DNA of 64,000 nucleotides from an uncultured cyanobacterium (GTDB lineage Bacteria; Cyanobacteriota; Cyanobacteriia; Cyanobacteriales; Cyanobacteriaceae): NCBI GenBank assembly GCA_963710605.1, contig CAVQBA010000006.1, positions 512,001 to 576,000 of the forward strand, read 5' to 3'. Shown piece by piece: positions 58,015 to 64,000 of this stretch (position 1 is its first letter; each line of letters starts with the position of its first letter). The notes under the pieces were generated by a model. It saw only the letters and a program-made list of their open reading frames with translations, ran no database searches and was not told where the DNA came from. The position numbers and the translations under genes were made by a program.

Positions 58015-58280
58015 GATAATTTTCCTCTATTATAAAAATTTAGTTTAATGACCAATCTACTATTCTATCTGAAGAAAGAGTCTTTGACGAGTTTTTTTTG
58101 CTAGAGATTGCACAATATTAATGATAGTTGTTTATCGGGAAATAAAAGGATTGGATTGGAGAGATGAAGTAATATGATTGTTAGTGAGGATAAACAATCG
58201 ATCGTTTTTTTCATTACTATAGACTCAATTAGGCATTTTACTTTCTACTGAGCAATTGAAAGATTTACCACAATTTTTGG

Positions 58281-58499
58281 ATGAAGATATTACCCGCTTT
58301 CGATCGTACTTGTCATCAAATATCTAATATCGAAACAGATGTTAAAGCAAATAAAGCAACAGCCACCGCTGATGTTGTCGCTAACCATTATCTAGATGAT
58401 TTATTTTGGCAGATTGTCGATGGCAAAATAGAATTATTTAGAGAATACTACGATCCGATCGTCTTTCAAAATGCTTTCGGTTTAACAAATAATAAGTAA
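58281..58499 (+). pseudogene. SnoaL/NTF2-like remnant, possibly chimeric
   Basis: FDRTCHQISN..ATATADVVANH joined to DGKIELFREYYDP; N-terminus decayed. Confidence 0.6.
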
Positions 58500-58580
58500 C
58501 ATAATCCAACTAACACTAAATTTAAGAAATACGGTAACAAATCAATTTATCTACTCCTCGTGTTTCTCCCCTTAAAAGGG

Positions 58581-58745
58581 CAGGGCTGTTTCATGTCTTA
58601 TTTTTGTAATTTCTACAACGCCAGAAATATCAGTAAATTTAGCCATTTTTTTCTAATAATAAAAAGACAATGTGATCAAATCACTCGATCGTATAGTAAT
58701 AATAGCAGATAGCTATTTTCTTCTTCTGAGAATGAATCAGCCCTG
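58581..58745. mobile_element. 165-bp MITE with ISAs1-type termini
   Basis: CAGGGCTGTTTCAT...ATGAATCAGCCCTG. Confidence 0.85.
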
Positions 58746-58756
58746 CTTTATAAAGG

Positions 58757-59970
58757 CAGGGCTGTTTCATTCTAGACAGTAAAAAAGATTGGAAAGCCTT
58801 GCTGATAGCCACCTACGCCCTTTTGTTATTGAGGTAAAATTTAATAGTCTAAAAAGATTAATCCCGATAGTTTTTAATACCGATATATTTGAGGCGGCAT
58901 TTTTATTTTTAATTAATGATCGATCTTCTTCCATGACTACATCTTTTACCCAGTGTAGTTGATTTTCTATTTTCCAATGTCCTTGTATTTTTTCTAAAAC
59001 ACTTTCGGCTTTTTCTTTTTTACTACTAATATAATAAACTATTTGTTCATATTTTTTCTTTCCTCTTATTCCCTTTCTTTCTACTTTTATTAAACTTTTC
59101 ACCTTACTAAATTTATTAACGATCGTATCAGCTTGATTTTCTTGATTTTCCCAAACAGATACTTTTCTTTCTATTTTTCTTCCATGACTTTTATCAAAGG
59201 TAATAGCTTGGTCAAAACTCTTTTCTGTTTTACTTATATTTTCTAAATATTTATATAATGAACGTTGATTTTTTTTGACAGTAATTAGATAATCATTACC
59301 TTTTTCTATTATTTTTTTAGTCGTCTCTTTTTGGCAATGAAGTGCATCCAAGCTCAAAACTGAATTACGTATATTCGTTGTTTCTATTAGCTTCTGAGTT
59401 TTTTTAATCTCGGAACTTTTCTTATTTTCATAATCTTGTATTTTTAAAACTAAGCCAGTTTCTTGACAAAATAAAGAGATAAACACTAAAAAATTTTGCT
59501 GATAATTAAAAGTATTAGTTAATGTATTTCTGAGAGTTTTACCATCAATAGAGTAGAAATTATTTTGCTCACTATCTAAAATTAGTGACTCTGCCCATTG
59601 ATTAAAAACAGAGATTAAATTACTGGTATCTAAAGAGTTCATTACTCTTCTAATAGTAGAATAAGATGGCATTTTTGAATAACTAACTTTCAAAAGATTA
59701 TATAATTGTTTTTGATAAAAACAAGTAAAATCTCCCAAGGCACGATAACTATGAAAACCTAACATATTTCCTAATATAACTATGGTTAAAATAACCCATA
59801 GCTCATGTCTTTTCCCCTTATTTTGTCGATAATCTTTGACAGATTTTAGTTTAAGTATTAGACTGTTAATCATTATTTTTAGACTTTTGAGTAATAGCGA
59901 ACGATCGATTTAATTTTATCTTGATTGAACGCTATTTTTATTTCAAAAATTTAAGAATGAAACAGCCCTG
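58757..59970 (-). mobile_element. ISAs1-family IS, 1214 bp, 17-bp inverted repeats, flanked by CTTTATAAAGG direct repeats
   Basis: CAGGGCTGTTTCATTCT / AGAATGAAACAGCCCTG. Confidence 0.93.
58767..59873 (-). CDS. ISAs1-family DDE transposase
   Basis: DYRQNKGKRHEL, IDGKTLR, DALHCQK, VKKNQ, HWKIENQLHWVKDVVMEED. Confidence 0.95.
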   Translation of the reverse strand: MINSLILKLKSVKDYRQNKGKRHELWVILTIVILGNMLGFHSYRALGDFTCFYQKQLYNLLKVSYSKMPSYSTIRRVMNSLDTSNLISVFNQWAESLILDSEQNNFYSIDGKTLRNTLTNTFNYQQNFLVFISLFCQETGLVLKIQDYENKKSSEIKKTQKLIETTNIRNSVLSLDALHCQKETTKKIIEKGNDYLITVKKNQRSLYKYLENISKTEKSFDQAITFDKSHGRKIERKVSVWENQENQADTIVNKFSKVKSLIKVERKGIRGKKKYEQIVYYISSKKEKAESVLEKIQGHWKIENQLHWVKDVVMEEDRSLIKNKNAASNISVLKTIGINLFRLLNFTSITKGRRWLSARLSNLFYCLE

Positions 59971-60386
59971 CTTTATAAAGGGGGATGAGCGGGGGATCGA
60001 TATATACTTCGTAACACTAATAATTGCTATATACTGTTTTTCTTCCTTGCAAAAGTTGTCAGTTAAAATTGAACACCATCTAATTCAAAACTATTAACTC
60101 TTCAGCGTAAAGATATTAACTACTAAGATAAACGGAGAGATGAGCCTTAGTATAAAAGATTGTGGTGAGTAATATTCAAAGTTTGAAGTTTATATATTCT
60201 TCAAAAACAAAAACAAAAATAAATGATAAATAACGATCGTTGATTAATAAACTAATAATAAATAAGTAATAATCGTAACTGCCGAGGGAAAAAATTAGTT
60301 ATGACCTTAAACATAGCATTCTATAGATGAAAGAAGATAAAGTAAAAATATACACAAACTTATTCTCTAAGTAATTTATTAATAAT

Positions 60387-61910
60387 ATGTTTAATTGGTT
60401 TCGCCGTAAAAAAGAAAATAAAGAAGAAGAAAAAAACACTACCCCAGTAGTAGAAACTCAACCACAAGTAAAAGAAGAAGTAGTAGAAAAAACTAGTTCT
60501 ACCGATACTGTCGATAACCAAAAAGCTTTAGAATGGGCAAAGGCGGCAGCACTTAATATTAAAAAGCAAAAAGAACAACAAGCAACTAGTAGCCAACAAA
60601 CTACACAATCAATAACAGTTGAAGAATCTTCACCCTCATTACAAGCTCAAACTGATATAAAAGAACCAGCAGAAGAGACATTGTCAACAGAAAATGCAGT
60701 TGTAGAAGAGCAAGAGGAAAAAGTAGTTGAGACACAAGAGCAAAAAGAAGAAAATCAACAAGTTGAAAAACAAAAGCAAGAGCAAGAGCAAGAGCAAGAA
60801 GTAGTAGTAGCACAAACAAAAAAAACACCTGCTTGGATGCAAAAATCCGATCGATTAGAAGTATTAAAAGAAACTGCGATCGAAGAAGAGGTACAAGAAG
60901 AAGAGTTAGACGAAGACTTTGTTTGGTCGGCTAAAATACTAGCAGAGCAAGGAAGAAGCCCTGATGATGTTTCTGAGCAAGAATTTGCTTGGCTTAAAAA
61001 ATTACGTCAAGGTTTGGGTAAAACACGAATTAATGTCGTTAATCAATTAAAATCAGTTTTAGGACAAGGTCCTTTAAATGCTAATGCAGTTGAAGAAATT
61101 GAAGGTTTACTTTTAAGTGCCGATGTGGGTATAGAAGCGACTGATTATATTATTGAGACTTTACAAAATAAACTCAAAGAAGAAGCCTTACCTCCGAATG
61201 AAGCGATCGCTTATCTTAAACAAATTATCCAAAACTTATTAGACGAACCTCTCAAACAAGTTAAAAAACAGGGATTTGAACCTGAACCTGAAAAACTAAA
61301 CATTTGGTTACTCACCGGAGTTAATGGTGTCGGTAAAACAACCACGATCGGTAAACTTGCTCATCTAGCCCAAACATCTGGTTATCAATGTGTTATCGCC
61401 GCCGCTGATACTTTTCGTGCCGCCGCCGTTGAACAAGTTAAAGTTTGGGGAGAAAGAACGAATACCACCGTTATTTCTAACCAAGGAAAAAATACTGACC
61501 CCGCCGCTGTAGTCTTTGATGCTATTACTTCTGCTCAATCTAAAAATGCCGATATTTTGTTAGTTGATACCGCAGGAAGATTACAAAATAAAAAAAATCT
61601 AATGGCAGAATTATCTAAAATAAGACGAATTATTGATAAAAAAGCTGAAAACTCTCATATTGAGTCATTACTAGTGTTAGATGCCACTTTAGGACAAAAT
61701 GGACTCAGACAAGCTCAAGTTTTTGCTGAAGCCGCCCAACTGACAGGAGTGATTTTAACTAAATTAGACGGTACTGCTAAAGGAGGAGTTGCCCTCGCTA
61801 TTTCTCAACAACTTAATTTACCGATTCGTTTTATTGGTGCAGGAGAAGGAATAGAAGATTTACGTCCTTTTTCTAGTTATGAATTTGTCGAGGCGTTGTT
61901 GTCTAATTAA
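60387..61910 (+). CDS. ftsY: SRP receptor FtsY
   Basis: GVNGVGKTTT, DTFRAAA, DTAGR, TKLDGTAKGG; acidic N-terminus. Confidence 0.97.
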   Translation: MFNWFRRKKENKEEEKNTTPVVETQPQVKEEVVEKTSSTDTVDNQKALEWAKAAALNIKKQKEQQATSSQQTTQSITVEESSPSLQAQTDIKEPAEETLSTENAVVEEQEEKVVETQEQKEENQQVEKQKQEQEQEQEVVVAQTKKTPAWMQKSDRLEVLKETAIEEEVQEEELDEDFVWSAKILAEQGRSPDDVSEQEFAWLKKLRQGLGKTRINVVNQLKSVLGQGPLNANAVEEIEGLLLSADVGIEATDYIIETLQNKLKEEALPPNEAIAYLKQIIQNLLDEPLKQVKKQGFEPEPEKLNIWLLTGVNGVGKTTTIGKLAHLAQTSGYQCVIAAADTFRAAAVEQVKVWGERTNTTVISNQGKNTDPAAVVFDAITSAQSKNADILLVDTAGRLQNKKNLMAELSKIRRIIDKKAENSHIESLLVLDATLGQNGLRQAQVFAEAAQLTGVILTKLDGTAKGGVALAISQQLNLPIRFIGAGEGIEDLRPFSSYEFVEALLSN

Positions 61911-62244
61911 ATCGTTACCAATAATTATCATAATCTAAGGGCTTAGCCTGCACTAAGCCCCTACTAATATTTTTGTCTTCTTACGATTGGTTTTACCAAA
62001 TTAAAAGATAAATATTAATATTGCCTAACAAGAAACTATAGTTAGTTTGAGAGTCAAAATTATTGAATAATCTTCTTCAATACAATCAATAAAAAGCCGA
62101 AGCTAAAAAAAGTAACTAAATTTGAGCTACGATAATTAAGATTGTGGGAAATTGATATTTGTGATTATCAAATCTTTTATAAAAAATTGTTTCTCCTGAA
62201 AACTAATAGGAGAAAGTAATTAAATAATTTTATTACATAACAAA

Positions 62245-63307
62245 ATGCTTAATACTGAATCGATTCTTGAAGTTTTAAAACCAGTACAAGACCCAGAATT
62301 ACAAAAAAGTTTAGTTGAACTTAATATGATTCGTAACGTAGAAGTAGAAGACGGTAAGGTTAGTTTTACCCTTGTGCTTACTACTCCTGCTTGCCCATTA
62401 AGAGAGTTTATCGTTGAAGATTGCGAAAAGGCAGTCAAAACTTTAGATGGTGTTAAATCAGTTGAAGTAGAAGTAACTGCCGAAACTCCTGCACAACAAC
62501 CCTTACCCGATCGGCAATCTGTTGGTCAAGTGAAAAATATTATTGCTATATCTAGTGGTAAAGGTGGTGTAGGTAAAAGTACGATTTCTGTTAATGTCGC
62601 CGTTGCCCTCGCTCAAACAGGTGCAAAAGTCGGTTTGTTAGATGCTGATATTTATGGTCCGTAATGTGCCAACTATGCTAGGACTTAGTGATATACCGAT
62701 CGATGTCGAGAAAAGTCCAGACGGCGATATATTGCAACCTGCGTTTAATCATGGAGTCAAGATGGTATCAATGGGTTTTTTGATCGATCCAGATCAACCA
62801 GTTATGTGGCGTGGTCCAATGTTAAATAGTATGATTAGACAATTCCTCTACCAAGTAAATTGGGGTGAATTAGACTATCTTATCGTTGATATGCCCCCTG
62901 GTACTGGAGATGCTCAACTAACCTTAGGGCAAGCTGTGCCTTTAGCTGGGGCGGTAATTGTGACGACTCCTCAGACTGTTTCTTTACAAGATGCTCGTCG
63001 AGGTTTAAAAATGTTCGAGCAATTGGGAACTAAGATTTTGGGTATTATTGAAAACATGAGTTATTTTATTCCCCCAGATTTAGACGATCGTACTTATGAT
63101 CTATTTGGTTCGGGTGGAGGAGAAAAGACATCAAAAGAATTAGGTATTCCTTTACTCGGTTGTGTACCTTTAGAAATTGCTTTACGTGAAGGAGGAGATA
63201 AAGGTATTCCGATTACAGTATCAAATCCAGAATCAGCTTCAGCAGTCGCTTTAACTAATATTGCTAAACAGATTGCGGGCAAAGTTTCGATCGCTGCATT
63301 GACATAA
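62245..63307 (+). CDS. mrp: Mrp/ApbC Fe-S carrier ATPase; frameshift near 62660
   Basis: [26 protein letters not shown](N)[19 protein letters not shown]. Confidence 0.93.
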
Positions 63308-63312
63308 TAATT

Positions 63313-63594
63313 TGTAGGGGTGCAAGGCTTGCACCCTTAATATAGCAAGGAATGATTTGATTAGGGCACTCATCGAATAATGTGATAACCGCAGAGTACG
63401 CAGAGTACGCAGAGTAAACACCGAGAATTGACTGGTTTGATTCTAAAGTTTCCGAAAAAGAAAGAGAAGGAGTATTTGTCCTAACTATCTCGTTTTGTGC
63501 TAAGTAGGTAAGTAGAATTAATTGTGTGTTTTGATAATTATTTCACATTAATGAAACTATTACTGAATAACGGGTGTAAACCTTGCACCCCTAC
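63313..63594. repeat. Inverted pair of GTAG-type REP-like hairpins flanking (GCAGAGTAC)n
   Basis: tgtaggggtgcaaggcttgcaccc at 63313 and gggtgtaaaccttgcacccctaca at 63572; similar hairpins near 6755, 40771, 45695 and 61938. Confidence 0.7.
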
Positions 63595-63731
63595 AAAAGA
63601 ATATTCAAATTATTTTACACAGGTACTTATATTGATATTTTTCTTTTTTACAAGAGAAGAAAGAGAAAATCGTTGAGAGAATATCCACCAATACAGCCTT
63701 GTACCCTCAACGTTAACACTAAATCATTATT

Positions 63732-64000
63732 TTATAAATTCGGCACAGTTAACGACGAATCTTGTTGTTTATCTTTTTGGGGAAAAATTCGTAAAGGAAT
63801 TTCTTGCTTATCTTGAGGCAAACCCCAATATTGTTCTAGAGTTGGACCATTTTTGACTCGTTTGTCACGAAAAAAGAAGGTACTCCACTCATGAAACAAT
63901 ACTCTTTTACCCATCCGAGTAAACCAATTCATACCATGTCGAGAAGCTTTATCTGGTTGTAAAAACGATCGCCACAACGCTTTTGGTCGAGCTTGTAGTA
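63732..64000 (-). CDS. bchE: C-terminus of probable anaerobic Mg-protoporphyrin IX monomethyl ester cyclase; partial
   Basis: QARPKALWRSFLQPD..RHGMNWFTRMGKRVLFHE..RDKRVKNGPTL.QYWG resembles the BchE C-terminus (from recall). Confidence 0.7.
   Translation of the reverse strand, partial: LQARPKALWRSFLQPDKASRHGMNWFTRMGKRVLFHEWSTFFFRDKRVKNGPTLEQYWGLPQDKQEIPLRIFPQKDKQQDSSLTVPNL

Noticed and set aside
27500-62665. Programmed frameshifting or phase variation in urtC, the kinase, the SDR and mrp
   Set aside because: These are unrelated housekeeping genes with breaks at error-prone motifs; sequencing error is more parsimonious.

Overview
Low-GC chromosomal segment of a cyanobacterium. Evidence: crtB/pds, sepF-proC, dense CGATCG/HIP1 sites and heptamer tandem repeats; a Cyanobacterium/Geminocystis-like lineage is my inference. 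Most of it is housekeeping and metabolic genes: proB, nadA, crtB, pds, urtC, radA, argH, mazG, msrA, sepF, proC, rbsK, phoU, ilvC, ftsY, mrp and the 3' end of bchE. The most striking region is 53.2-54.9 kb, where two ~780-bp cassettes alternate with three REP-like repeats. Each cassette carries a minus-strand pentapeptide-repeat gene whose exact antisense frame is also fully open (no TTA/CTA among 38 Leu codons), which suggests selected dual-strand coding. Other notable items: (i) an Amt-histidine kinase-receiver fusion upstream of a REC-GGDEF cyclase; (ii) ~50-bp hairpin elements with conserved GCGGT...ACCAAGAC ends inserted in heptamer arrays, one nested inside another; (iii) a decayed plasmid-like island after proB, with a MOBQ relaxase lacking all three HUH histidines; (iv) an ISAs1 element and its MITE stacked in one palindrome; (v) a ~160-bp TATA-ended MITE family. 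Several split genes break at CGATCG, GG(N)CC or homopolymer sites and are probably sequencing artefacts.
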